A stretch of DNA of 64,000 nucleotides from an uncultured Pelagibacteraceae bacterium (lineage in GTDB: Bacteria; Pseudomonadota; Alphaproteobacteria; Pelagibacterales; Pelagibacteraceae): positions 12,547-76,546 of the forward strand of contig CACEEW010000002.1 of assembly GCA_902558705.1 (NCBI GenBank), in the 5' to 3' direction. How positions within the stretch are numbered: the stretch's first letter is position 1; each line of letters begins with the position of its first letter. The notes beneath the pieces are model-generated. The model did no database searches. It was given only the letters and a program-made list of their open reading frames with translations, and was not told the origin of the DNA. The position numbers and the translations under genes are program-made. Positions 33,131 to 43,397 of this stretch are shown here, piece after piece.

Positions 33131-34602
33131 GTAAAAATAAATCAGAATATTTAATTTCTAGAAAAGATAATCAGTATGAAGTAATTATTGGACTAGAAGT
33201 TCATGCTCAAGTTACTTCTGAGTCAAAACTATTTTCAACTTCATCAACAAAATTTGGAGCAGAACCAAATACTCAAGTAAGTTTAGTTGATGCAGCTTTT
33301 CCAGGAATGCTACCTGTTATTAATGAGTTCTGTGTAAAACAAGCAATTAAGACTGGTATTGGTCTTAATGCAAAAATAAATAAGCGTTCAGTATTTGATA
33401 GAAAAAACTATTTTTATGCAGATTTACCTCAAGGATATCAAATTTCTCAATTCAAAGATCCAATAGTAGGTGAAGGTAATGTTATTTTAGATATGCCAGA
33501 GGGACAAAAAAAAGTTGGTATAGAAAGATTACATTTAGAACAAGATGCTGGAAAAAGTATTCATGATCTTGACCCACAAAATACTTTTGTAGACTTAAAT
33601 AGATCTGGAGTAGCTTTAATGGAAATTGTAAGTAAACCAGACCTTAGATCTCCAGAGGAAGTTAGTGTTTATATAAAAAAATTAAGATCAATTATGAGAT
33701 ATTTGGGAACATGTGATGGCAATATGCAGGAAGGGTCATTAAGAGCCGATGTTAATGTATCAGTCAGAATAAAAGGCTCTAAAGATTTAGGGACAAGATG
33801 TGAGATTAAGAATGTTAACTCAATAAAATTTATGCAAATGGCTATTGAATATGAAGCTAATAGACAAGTTGATTTAATAGAGGAAGGTAATTCAATAGAC
33901 CAAGAAACTAGATTATTTGATACTAAAAAAAATGAGACAAGATCTATGAGATCAAAAGAAGATGCACATGATTATAGATACTTTCCAGATCCAGATTTAT
34001 TACCTTTAGAAGTTTCTGATGAATTTATTAATAAACTTAAGTCTGACATTCCCGAGTTACCAGATGATAAAAAGACAAGATTTATTGATGAATTTAAACT
34101 ATCCCCTTACGAAGCAAACATACTAGTTTCAGATATTGATACAGCAAAATACTTTGAAGAAGTTGTTGCTAAGATGGGCAAAAATAAAGATATAAAACTA
34201 GCAGTTAATTGGATTATCGGTGAGTTATTCGCCATTTTAAATAGCAAAAATTTAGAAATTTCCAAAAGCCCAATAAGCGCTAAGAATTTAGCAATACTGA
34301 TTAATTTAATTAAGAATGGAACAATTTCAGGAAAAATTGCAAAAACAGTATTTGAATTAATGATGGATGGAAATAAAGATCCACAAAAAATTGTTGAGGA
34401 AAAAGGATTAAAACAACAGAGCGATCCTAGAGCACTAGAAGCTTTAATAGATAAAATAATAAATGATAATAGAGAAAAGGCAGTTGAATACAAACAAGGT
34501 AAAGAAAAATTATTTGGATTTTTTGTTGGTCAAGCAATGAAGGCGTCTGGCGGTAAGGCCAATCCTCAATTAATAAATGAGATATTAAAGAAAAAGCTTT
34601 AA
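33127..34602 (+). CDS. gatB: Asp/Glu-tRNA amidotransferase subunit B
   Basis: [35 protein letters not shown]; ATG at 33127 forms an ATGA overlap with the gatA stop. Confidence 0.99.
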   Translation: MSKNKSEYLISRKDNQYEVIIGLEVHAQVTSESKLFSTSSTKFGAEPNTQVSLVDAAFPGMLPVINEFCVKQAIKTGIGLNAKINKRSVFDRKNYFYADLPQGYQISQFKDPIVGEGNVILDMPEGQKKVGIERLHLEQDAGKSIHDLDPQNTFVDLNRSGVALMEIVSKPDLRSPEEVSVYIKKLRSIMRYLGTCDGNMQEGSLRADVNVSVRIKGSKDLGTRCEIKNVNSIKFMQMAIEYEANRQVDLIEEGNSIDQETRLFDTKKNETRSMRSKEDAHDYRYFPDPDLLPLEVSDEFINKLKSDIPELPDDKKTRFIDEFKLSPYEANILVSDIDTAKYFEEVVAKMGKNKDIKLAVNWIIGELFAILNSKNLEISKSPISAKNLAILINLIKNGTISGKIAKTVFELMMDGNKDPQKIVEEKGLKQQSDPRALEALIDKIINDNREKAVEYKQGKEKLFGFFVGQAMKASGGKANPQLINEILKKKL

Positions 34603-34606
34603 TTCG

Positions 34607-35257
34607 ATGGGTGCAAACCTTGATATCACTGAAAAATTACAAAATTATATTAATGATTTTGGTTTAAAGCTTGATCCAATTCAACAAGAAATAATTGATT
34701 ATAATAAAACCTTAGGTGACATTAAAAGAATGCAGGTTGATCCTACTCAATGTCATTTTCTTCATTTAATAATCAAAATTTCAAATATTAAAAATGTTCT
34801 TGAAATTGGAACATTTACAGGACTGAGTGCACTTACTATCTCTCTCGCTTTACCAGAAGATGGTAAATTAATTGCATTAGATAAAAATGATGAAACTAAT
34901 AAAATAGCATTAAGTTTTTTTAAAAAGGCGAGACAGGAACATAAGATTGAAACAATAATTAAACCTGCTCTTGAAACTTTAGAAGAGTTGAAGAATAAAA
35001 AATTTGATATGATTTTTATTGATGCTGATAAAATGAATTATAAACAGTACTATGAAAAATCTTTAGGATTAATTAATGAAGGTGGTCTAATCATAATTGA
35101 CAATGTTTTATGGCATGGAGAAGTAGCTGATGAAAAAAAAAATGATAAATTTACTTTAAATATTAGAGAATTTAATGAATTTGTATCAAATGACAAAAGG
35201 GTAGAACAAGTTATTATTCCATTAGGTGATGGAATGACTGTCTGTAGAGTTTTATGA
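34607..35257 (+). CDS. Class I SAM-dependent O-methyltransferase (CCoAOMT/TrmR-like family)
   Basis: VLEIGTFTGLS, DMIFIDADK, GGLIIIDNVLWHG metal/SAM motifs. Confidence 0.9.
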   Translation: MGANLDITEKLQNYINDFGLKLDPIQQEIIDYNKTLGDIKRMQVDPTQCHFLHLIIKISNIKNVLEIGTFTGLSALTISLALPEDGKLIALDKNDETNKIALSFFKKARQEHKIETIIKPALETLEELKNKKFDMIFIDADKMNYKQYYEKSLGLINEGGLIIIDNVLWHGEVADEKKNDKFTLNIREFNEFVSNDKRVEQVIIPLGDGMTVCRVL

Positions 35258-36165
35258 TGTTTAAGGTTTTTGGTTTTTATAAATTTATTAAAATAAAATC
35301 TTTAAAAAAAAATAAAAATCTCTTACAAAAATTTCTTATAACAAACAATATAAAAGGTACCATAATTGTTGCTAAAGAAGGATTAAATGGAACTATATCT
35401 GGTCATACGAAAGATATTGAAAAAGCAATTAAAAAACTTAAATCTTTATTTTCAATTAAACTTTTTGACAATTATAATATCTCAAAATCTAAATTTCAGC
35501 CATTCCATAAACCTAAAATAAAAATAAAAAAAGAAACTGTTCCAATGAATTTGACTTTGAATTCTAAAGAAAGAAATATTAATAGACATTTAAATCCTAA
35601 AGAATGGAATAAACTGATTAAAGATAAAGATACCCATATAATTGATACTAGAAAATCTTTTGAGTACAAAGTTGGCACATTTAAAAGATCAGTAAATCCT
35701 AATGTAGATAACTTTAGGGATTTTCCTAAATACTTAAATAAACTTAAAAAAGATAAACCTGTCGCAATGTTTTGCACTGGTGGAATACGTTGTGAAAAAA
35801 CTTCAGTATATTTGAAAAAAAAAGGTTTTAAAAATATATATCAACTAAATGGTGGTATTCTAAATTATCTAAATAAAATAAAGAGAAAAGATAGCCTATG
35901 GAAAGGAGAATGTTTCGTCTTTGATAACAGAATCAGTCTTAAACATGGTTTAAAGCTAGGTACATACTCTGTCTGTAGTGGATGTAGAATGCCCATTTCT
36001 CCAAAAGACAAAACATCTAAAAAGTATGAGGAAGGTGTTTCTTGTCCAAATTGTTATAAGAATTTAACTGAAGTACAAAAATCACGTTTTAGAATGAGAC
36101 AAAGTCAGGTATACAAAGCAAAACAATCTGGAAAAAAATATATTTTTCAAAAAGAATTTAAATAA
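35254..36165 (+). CDS. trhO: Rhodanese-domain tRNA U34 hydroxylase (TrhO/YceA family)
   Basis: EGLNGT, IIDTR..FEY.VGTF, MFCTGGIRCEK, GGILNYL, GECFVFDNR, C-terminal CxxC..CxxC. Confidence 0.9.
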   Translation: MMFKVFGFYKFIKIKSLKKNKNLLQKFLITNNIKGTIIVAKEGLNGTISGHTKDIEKAIKKLKSLFSIKLFDNYNISKSKFQPFHKPKIKIKKETVPMNLTLNSKERNINRHLNPKEWNKLIKDKDTHIIDTRKSFEYKVGTFKRSVNPNVDNFRDFPKYLNKLKKDKPVAMFCTGGIRCEKTSVYLKKKGFKNIYQLNGGILNYLNKIKRKDSLWKGECFVFDNRISLKHGLKLGTYSVCSGCRMPISPKDKTSKKYEEGVSCPNCYKNLTEVQKSRFRMRQSQVYKAKQSGKKYIFQKEFK

Positions 36166-36173
36166 GGATATTT

Positions 36174-37544
36174 TTGTCAACTTCATACAAGCTTACTAAA
36201 GATCCCATATGGTTTTTACTACGTAAAGTTACAATACCAGCTAGTGTTGGATCTCTTTTTCAAACTTTTTATAATCTTGTTGATACTTGGTTTGCAGGAA
36301 AAATTTCAGCAGAGGCGATAAGTGCGATAGCTAAATCATTTCCAATTTACTTTACTATAATTGCTGTTGGTGTTGGCATAGGTGCTGCTACTAATGCGAT
36401 GATTGGTAACTCTATAGGTGAAAAAAAAGAAAGAGTGGCTTCTATGTATATAGCTCAATCTTTAATTTTTGCTTTAGTAGTTTCATTATTAGTGACAATT
36501 TTTGGTTTAAATGCTTCTAATTTTCTTCTAGGAGTTATGGGATCTGATACTGCTGGTATAGCACTTACAAGAAAATATTTGGATATCATTTTTTATGGAA
36601 CTTTTATTGTATTGATACAAATCTCTTTAAATGGAACATTAAATGCACAAGGTGACACAAAAAGTTATAGAAATGTACTAATATTCAGTTTTTTCTTAAA
36701 TATTTTTTTAAACCCTCTTTTTATTTGGGGTTATGGAATTGTTCCTGCTTTCGGTATTGCCGGACTTGCTATAGCAACAGTAATCTCTCAATTGATTGGA
36801 ACAATCTATCTAGCCTATAAAGTTAATAACTGTAAAATTAGAGAGTACTTAAAATTAGTATGTTTTATTCCTAAGTTTGAATATTTGAATCCTTTAACAA
36901 GACAATCCGTACCAGTTATGTTCAGCATGTTATTCATTGGAGTTGGAATTTTTAATATTCTATATTTTATTGGACAATTTGGAGATCTGGCTACAGCAGG
37001 ATATGGAGCAGCTTTAAGAGTAGAGCAAGTTTTTTTACTTCCAGTTATTGGATTAAATACAGCAGTTCTTTCAATTGGTGGACAAAACTTTGGTGCAAAG
37101 GCTTTTAACAGAATTAGAGAACTATACAAAAAGGCATTATTTTTTGGGTGCTCTTTTATGGTTTGTGCTGGAATAATATTATTTTTTGGAGCTGAGTTTT
37201 TTGTGTCCTTGTTTACCGACAATCAAGAAGCAGTAAAACATGGAGCTATTTATTTAAAAGTTGCAGCTTTGATTGGACCAATATATCCAGTTTTTTTCAT
37301 TACAACAGCTGTATTCCAAGCTGTAAAAAAACCTCTTTATAGTCTTTATCTTAGTATATTAAGACTAACTGCATTTCCGTTTTTGAGCTTATGGTACATA
37401 ATAAATATTAGAGGAGGGGACTACGCAGATATTTTTTATACTATAATGGCTACTAATTGGATAATGGGAATTGCACTTTTAATATTTATTGGATATTTTT
37501 TAAATAATGTTTTTAAACAAAATAAAACTCTTTTTAGTTATTAG
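36174..37544 (+). CDS. MATE family efflux transporter
   Basis: QTFYNLVDTWF, GDTK, NIFLNPLFI.G, G.AGLAIATVISQ, GQNFGAK; about 12 TM segments; TTG start. Confidence 0.93.
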   Translation: MSTSYKLTKDPIWFLLRKVTIPASVGSLFQTFYNLVDTWFAGKISAEAISAIAKSFPIYFTIIAVGVGIGAATNAMIGNSIGEKKERVASMYIAQSLIFALVVSLLVTIFGLNASNFLLGVMGSDTAGIALTRKYLDIIFYGTFIVLIQISLNGTLNAQGDTKSYRNVLIFSFFLNIFLNPLFIWGYGIVPAFGIAGLAIATVISQLIGTIYLAYKVNNCKIREYLKLVCFIPKFEYLNPLTRQSVPVMFSMLFIGVGIFNILYFIGQFGDLATAGYGAALRVEQVFLLPVIGLNTAVLSIGGQNFGAKAFNRIRELYKKALFFGCSFMVCAGIILFFGAEFFVSLFTDNQEAVKHGAIYLKVAALIGPIYPVFFITTAVFQAVKKPLYSLYLSILRLTAFPFLSLWYIINIRGGDYADIFYTIMATNWIMGIALLIFIGYFLNNVFKQNKTLFSY

Positions 37545-37986
37545 CATCTGCCTAATATTTTTTTTCTTAACTTACAATGATGTTAAATCTTATGAAATCA
37601 AGATAATTGATGGTGATACTATTCATTTAAATGGTAAGAAAATAAGATTTTCTGGAATTGATACTCCTGAACTTAAACAAACTTGCAAGAAAAATGATAA
37701 AATTATTTATTGTGGGATAAAGGCTAAAAAATTATTAATTGATAAGATTGATAATCAAAAAGTAAATTGTATTGAAGAGGGTAAAGACCAATATAAAAGA
37801 ACTCTTGCAGAATGTTTTGTGAATGATCTTAGTTTGTCTAGCTATCTAGTTAAAAAAGGTTATGCATTTGCTTATAGAAAATATTCAAAAAAATTTATTA
37901 AAGATGAAGATTATGCAAGAGTTAATAATCTGGGGATGTGGTCTATGAATTTTGAATTCCCTTGGGATTATAGAAGAAAAAATTAG
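37507..37986 (+). CDS. Thermonuclease (SNase-like) with N-terminal membrane anchor or signal
   Basis: IDGDTI, IRFSGIDTPE, DQYKRTLA, LV..GYA, G.W...PWDYRR. Confidence 0.9.
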   Translation: MFLNKIKLFLVISICLIFFFLTYNDVKSYEIKIIDGDTIHLNGKKIRFSGIDTPELKQTCKKNDKIIYCGIKAKKLLIDKIDNQKVNCIEEGKDQYKRTLAECFVNDLSLSSYLVKKGYAFAYRKYSKKFIKDEDYARVNNLGMWSMNFEFPWDYRRKN

Positions 37987-38714
37987 TCTTTATTCAATTT
38001 TTTTTCTAATTTTCTTACAAGATAAGAAACAATTAATATCAAGACTAAATATTCTAGAATTAGAAATGTATATATTTCCAGTGGTCGATAAGTCGTCACA
38101 ACTAATTCGTTTGCTTTTCTAGTTAAATCTCCAATACCAATTATAGATACAAGAGAGGACATTTTTAAAACATAAACAAATTGATTGCCAATAGCAGGTA
38201 AGATATTTTTAATTGCCTGAGGAAGAATTACTAAACGTAATTTCCTAAAAAAACTTAGTCCTAATGAACTACCAGCTTCCCATTGAGATTTTTTAATTGA
38301 ATTTATTCCAGCTCTAAAAATTTCAGCCTGAAATGCACTCTCACTTATTGATAAAGCAATAATACCAGATACAAATGGACTAAAACTTATTCCTGTCATT
38401 ATTGGTAAGCCGTAATAAATCCATAAAATCAAAACAAGCAGTGGTACTGCTCTGACAATTTCAACATATCCAATATTAAGATAAGTCAGATATTTACTTT
38501 TTGCTAAAGAGGGGACTGCAACAATAAATCCTATAATCATTGAAATAAGAATAGATACTACAGAAATGTAAATTGTAGTTGTAAAACCACTAATTAGAAA
38601 TTTTAGATTAGTTAAACCCTCTATATTATTTGGAGACAGTATAAACCATCCCAGTTCTTTTCCACTACAAGAAGATAGAGGTATAATTAAAAGTAAAAGA
38701 AATAAATTTCTCAC
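37983..38714 (-). CDS. Polar amino-acid ABC transporter permease (HisM-like)
   Basis: YVEIVRAVPLLV, SAFQAEIFRAGI..I...QWEAG..LG (EAA loop), ILPQAI, LKMSSL; N-terminal lipobox LSSC. Confidence 0.93.
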   Translation of the reverse strand: MRNLFLLLLIIPLSSCSGKELGWFILSPNNIEGLTNLKFLISGFTTTIYISVVSILISMIIGFIVAVPSLAKSKYLTYLNIGYVEIVRAVPLLVLILWIYYGLPIMTGISFSPFVSGIIALSISESAFQAEIFRAGINSIKKSQWEAGSSLGLSFFRKLRLVILPQAIKNILPAIGNQFVYVLKMSSLVSIIGIGDLTRKANELVVTTYRPLEIYTFLILEYLVLILIVSYLVRKLEKKLNKD

Positions 38715-38754
38715 TTTTAAAGTTATAAAGAATTAAAAACTAATATCTAATTGA

Positions 38755-39522
38755 TTATAGACTTTTTAAATTATATTTTGCTAAGAGATCGGTAAAAAAT
38801 CCTGACGATTTTTTCTTTTTGATCCAGCTATTGACGTATTTTCTCCATTCGTCATCACCTTTTGGAACCATCATAGCTAAAAAGGCTGGATTTTTTTCGC
38901 CATCTGGAACTATTGCTAGTTGTGGGTAAGTTATTACCAATTTATTTGCCTCTGTTGAGCTTGTTATGTTTCCATCTGCTCTTCCAGCTAATACTTCTTG
39001 AAAATCTCTTGCTGGAGCTTCAACAGAATTTAATTTAGATTTAGGAAAAAATTCTTTGGCTTTTTCCTCTTGAGATGTTCCAAGTGTAGTTGCTATTGTT
39101 ACTTTTTCATTATTCAGGGAATCCCATGTAGAGAACTTCTTTAAATTCTTTTTAAGTACAAGTGGGACTGTACCATATTTATAATATGTATCAGTAAATC
39201 CTGCAACTTCAGCTCTTTTAGGAGTTTTGGTTACACTTGTAGAAATATCGTATCTTGCTGAAGTAATTCCAGAAACTATTGTCTTCCATTCTGCTGGAAC
39301 AAACTTAATTTTAACACCCATATCTTTAGCAAGTTCATTCATTACATCGATGTCAAAACCTTTGTATTTATTTGTAGCAGGGTCTTTAACAGTCATTGGA
39401 TCCCAATCACCTGTTGTACCAACTTTTAATTCACCTGAAGATAAAATCTTGTTAAGGTTAGATTCAGCATTAACGGAAAAGGGTAAAAGTGCTAAAAGCA
39501 CTACTAAAAATATTTTTTTCAT
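38755..39522 (-). CDS. Family-3 periplasmic solute-binding protein (cyclohexadienyl-dehydratase-related clade)
   Basis: Signal peptide ending [24 protein letters not shown]; from memory, closely resembles SAR11_1068 (Pu1068). Confidence 0.88.
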   Translation of the reverse strand: MKKIFLVVLLALLPFSVNAESNLNKILSSGELKVGTTGDWDPMTVKDPATNKYKGFDIDVMNELAKDMGVKIKFVPAEWKTIVSGITSARYDISTSVTKTPKRAEVAGFTDTYYKYGTVPLVLKKNLKKFSTWDSLNNEKVTIATTLGTSQEEKAKEFFPKSKLNSVEAPARDFQEVLAGRADGNITSSTEANKLVITYPQLAIVPDGEKNPAFLAMMVPKGDDEWRKYVNSWIKKKKSSGFFTDLLAKYNLKSL

Positions 39523-39556
39523 TCTATTAAATAACTGATTTATTTATTAATTGAGA

Positions 39557-40120
39557 CTATAATCTTGACGCAGCGTCAGTCATCCAAGAGAATAAATGTT
39601 CAGAAAAGGACCTTCTGACAAATAAATTTACGTCATTTTTGTCCTGATTATGTATAATTACATCTACCTTTGCTATTATGGTTTGAGTTACTGCACCTTT
39701 TTTGTTTTGAAAGTCATTGAAATTAAAAGGTGATCCGGTTTGAAACAATTTATATGCCTTATCTCCTTTAAGATTGATCATTACAAATTGATCTGTGACA
39801 TCTATGACAGCACCAAGGTTTAAACTAGATATATTTTTAATTAATAATTGTTCTGTTTCATTATAATTTGAATTTTTATCAGATGTTTCATTAGAAAAAA
39901 TCATCCACTCATCTGGACTTAACCACAAAGCCGAGAGCTTTTGACTTTGTGTAGAGGTATTACTTTCTACTGGTAAAAGAATATTTAACGATTTACCTAT
40001 GGCTGAAAAAAATTCTCTTTTTTTTCCTCTTATAATTAATTTCATAATGGGTGTGATCTCACTAATTTGAAGATCTTGAAATAATTTTTTTTCTGGTAGT
40101 GACTGGTTATAATTAAGCAT
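39557..40120 (-). CDS. soxG: Sarcosine oxidase gamma subunit
   Basis: LWLSPDEW, DVTD, VRRSF..HL..W..DA; last gene of the sox block. Confidence 0.9.
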   Translation of the reverse strand: MLNYNQSLPEKKLFQDLQISEITPIMKLIIRGKKREFFSAIGKSLNILLPVESNTSTQSQKLSALWLSPDEWMIFSNETSDKNSNYNETEQLLIKNISSLNLGAVIDVTDQFVMINLKGDKAYKLFQTGSPFNFNDFQNKKGAVTQTIIAKVDVIIHNQDKNDVNLFVRRSFSEHLFSWMTDAASRL

Positions 40121-43118
40121 TTAATCTTTTATTCTCCTTATCTAAAAAAACTGAATCCGTAACAGTTACATTAATTGTTTTATTTTCCATTGGTATGATC
40201 AATTTTTTACCTATCATATTTTTTCCACCTCTAACAACTCCAAGTGCAATAGATTTTTTAAGATTAGGACTATAGTAACTTGAAGTAACATGGCCCAACA
40301 TCTCAATAGGTGATTTATTTACGTCAGCAACTATTTGGGCTCCCTCTTCTAATATTTCATTAGGGTTGTCTGTTAATAAACCAACTAATTGTTTTCTGTC
40401 ATCTTTAATTGTGTCTGATCTATATAATGATCTTTTACCAATAAAATCATATTTTTTCTTACTAACTATCCAATCCATTTGTAAGTCTATTGGTGTCATA
40501 GTTGCATCGGTGTCTTGACCAACTATGATGAAACCTTTTTCAGCTCTTAGTAAGTGCATAGTTTCTGTTCCATAAGGAGTAATATTAAAATCTTTTCCTA
40601 CCTCCATACATTTTTCCCATACCGAATTTGCATAGTTTGCCTGAATATTAATTTCATAACTGTGTTCACCAGTAAAACTAATCCTCATAACTCTACAGTT
40701 TATTTTTCCAATTTTTGTATTTTTAAATGACATATGAGGAAAATTTTCATCAGAAAGATCTAAATCTGGAATAACGTTTGAAATAATTTTTTTACTATTG
40801 GGCCCACAAACACTTATTGTTGCAAAATGGTCAGTTACGGATGTTAAGTAAACATCTAATTCTGGCCATTCAGTTTGAAGATAATCCTCTAATTTACCCA
40901 AAACATTAGCAGCCCCACCAGTGGTAGTTGTCATAATGTAATGATTTTCTCCTAATCTCGTTGTAACTCCATCGTCATAAACCATACCATCTTCGTTTAA
41001 CATCAAGCCATATCTACACTTACCTACAGCAAGTTTTGACCAAGCATTTGTATAAACACGATTTAGAAACTCAGATGCATCCGTACCTTGAATATCAATT
41101 TTTCCAAGTGTTGAAGCATCTAAAATCCCAACACTTTCTCTTGCTGCTTTACTTTCTCTTTGAACAGCTTCAAACATATTTTCATTATTTTTTGGATAAT
41201 ACCAAGCTCTCTTCCATTGACCTACATTTTCAAATTCTGCTTTATTTTTAAGATGCCATTCGTGCATTGGTGTCTTTCTAAATATATCAAAATATTCACC
41301 AACATTTCTACCTACAATAGTTCCAAAAGTTAGAGGAGTATAAGGTGGTCTAAAGGTAGTAGTACCATGTTCACCCATTTTAGTTCCAGCTGTCTCAGAT
41401 ATAATTCCTAATGCGTGCATATTACCAAGTTTACCTTGATCAGTTCCCATACCAGTCGTTGTATATCTTTTAACATGCTCAATTGATCTAAAACCTTCTC
41501 TTAAAGCTAGTTTTATATCTTTTGCAGTAGCATCATTTTGATAATCTACGAAAGATTTTGTTTTACCCAAAATTTTATCTGATGGTAATAACCAAATATT
41601 TCTCTTTGATTTATTTTCATCTGAAAATACTTCAACATTATCATAATCGGTTTTTTTAATGTTCAAAAATTCTTTAAGGTATTTTGGAGTATTTTCGATT
41701 ATATCTTCCAATGTTAAATCACCATTACAAGCACCTATACTAATTTGTTCTGAAGAATATTTGTTTGGAATGAATACTTGATCTTCTTCTCTAAATTTTA
41801 ATTTTCCACCTGATTGAGTAAATAAATGTACTGCTGGTGTCCATCCACCTGAAACTCCCAAACAATCACAAGATAAATCTATTTTTGAACCTATAACCTT
41901 TTGGCCATCTTTAGAAAGTTTCATTAATGAAACTTTATTGATTTTTTTGTAACCATTAGTATTAACAATTGTAAAACCTTTATAAACTTTAACGTTATTT
42001 TTTTCTATTTCGTAGAGTAATTTAGATTCTATTTCTTCTCTGTTGTCGACAATAGCTTCGACTTTAATTCCTTTCTGGATTAAGCTAATAGCAGTTTCAT
42101 AGGCACTATCATTATTGGTCAAAAATATATTTTTTTCTCCGCAAGCAACACCAAACAAATCAGCATACCTTTTTATTGCTGATGAAAGCAAAATTCCTGG
42201 CCTGTCATTATTATCAAAAATTAAAGGTCTTTCCAAAGATCCAGTAGCTGTGATTACTTTTTTTGCTCTAATTTTGAGTAATTTTTGTCTGGTTTTATTT
42301 TTTCTTTGTTCAATCGGAAGATGGTCTGTAAGATTTTCACGTGCTAAAAGAAAATTATAGCCATGAAACGCAGCTACACTCGTTCTTATTCTTATATCTA
42401 AATTATCTATTTTTTTTATTTCATTAATTTCTTTTTCTAACCATGAACCTGAATTTTGATTGTTTATTTTAAAATGTTCTGAATTTTGATATACTGTCGA
42501 TCCACCTAAGTTTGGTTTTTCATCAACTAGAAGTGTCTTTAGTCCATTTTTAGCAGCAGTTTTTGCAGCCATAATTCCTGAAATTCCTGCACCAACAATC
42601 AGAACATCACAATGAATATATTCATGTTCGTAAATATCAGGATCAGCTTTAGTGGGAGATTTTCCTAACCCTGCAGATTTTCTAATAAAATATTCGTATT
42701 TTTCCCAAAAACTAGCAGGCCACATAAAAGTTTTATAATAAAAACCAGCTGGTAGTAGGGGAGAAAGTAAATTATTTATTCCACCAATATCAAAGTTTAC
42801 ACTTGGCCAACAGTTTTGACTTGAAGCTTCTAAACCCTCATAGATTTCTACCTCTGTAGCTCGTACATTTGGTTCAGTTCTTTCTGAATTATTATGAAGC
42901 TGAACTATCGCATTTGGTTCTTCTGATCCAGAAGTCATAATTCCTCTTGGCCTATGATATTTAAAACTTCTGCCAACTAAATGAATATCATTTGCTAATA
43001 GTGCAGATGCAAGAGTGTCTCCCTTATAACCAAAATATTTTGAACCATTAAATTTGAATGAAACTCTGTAAGTTTCATCAATGAATTTACTAGTTTTAAC
43101 TCTCAAATTTTTCGACAT
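40113..43118 (-). CDS. soxA: Sarcosine oxidase alpha subunit
   Basis: GDTLASALLA, RSFKYHRPRG, KRYTTTGMGTDQGK, GcvT-like THF-binding C-terminal half; 1001 aa. Confidence 0.96.
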   Translation of the reverse strand: MSKNLRVKTSKFIDETYRVSFKFNGSKYFGYKGDTLASALLANDIHLVGRSFKYHRPRGIMTSGSEEPNAIVQLHNNSERTEPNVRATEVEIYEGLEASSQNCWPSVNFDIGGINNLLSPLLPAGFYYKTFMWPASFWEKYEYFIRKSAGLGKSPTKADPDIYEHEYIHCDVLIVGAGISGIMAAKTAAKNGLKTLLVDEKPNLGGSTVYQNSEHFKINNQNSGSWLEKEINEIKKIDNLDIRIRTSVAAFHGYNFLLARENLTDHLPIEQRKNKTRQKLLKIRAKKVITATGSLERPLIFDNNDRPGILLSSAIKRYADLFGVACGEKNIFLTNNDSAYETAISLIQKGIKVEAIVDNREEIESKLLYEIEKNNVKVYKGFTIVNTNGYKKINKVSLMKLSKDGQKVIGSKIDLSCDCLGVSGGWTPAVHLFTQSGGKLKFREEDQVFIPNKYSSEQISIGACNGDLTLEDIIENTPKYLKEFLNIKKTDYDNVEVFSDENKSKRNIWLLPSDKILGKTKSFVDYQNDATAKDIKLALREGFRSIEHVKRYTTTGMGTDQGKLGNMHALGIISETAGTKMGEHGTTTFRPPYTPLTFGTIVGRNVGEYFDIFRKTPMHEWHLKNKAEFENVGQWKRAWYYPKNNENMFEAVQRESKAARESVGILDASTLGKIDIQGTDASEFLNRVYTNAWSKLAVGKCRYGLMLNEDGMVYDDGVTTRLGENHYIMTTTTGGAANVLGKLEDYLQTEWPELDVYLTSVTDHFATISVCGPNSKKIISNVIPDLDLSDENFPHMSFKNTKIGKINCRVMRISFTGEHSYEINIQANYANSVWEKCMEVGKDFNITPYGTETMHLLRAEKGFIIVGQDTDATMTPIDLQMDWIVSKKKYDFIGKRSLYRSDTIKDDRKQLVGLLTDNPNEILEEGAQIVADVNKSPIEMLGHVTSSYYSPNLKKSIALGVVRGGKNMIGKKLIIPMENKTINVTVTDSVFLDKENKRLNA

Positions 43119-43121
43119 ATC

Positions 43122-43397
43122 TTATTTAACAGGTGGTTTTTCACCCATTTTATAAATTGCTTTTATTTCATCATTCGAAGTATCACGTACCATGTTAAAC
43201 CATTTTCTACATCCATGTATATGGTTCCATCTTTCAAATTGAATTCCTTTAATATTTTTTCTCATAAATAAATATTCTGCCCACTCATCATCACTTAATT
43301 CTGTTGGTTGTTTAGGCCTCTCTATATGTGCTTCACCACCAGCTTTAAATTCACTTTGTTCACGTTCACCACAAAAAGGACAATTAATTATAAACAT
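43122..43397 (-). CDS. soxD: Sarcosine oxidase delta subunit
   Basis: CPFCG.R...EF, W.H..GC..WF...RDT Zn site. Confidence 0.95.
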   Translation of the reverse strand: MFIINCPFCGEREQSEFKAGGEAHIERPKQPTELSDDEWAEYLFMRKNIKGIQFERWNHIHGCRKWFNMVRDTSNDEIKAIYKMGEKPPVK

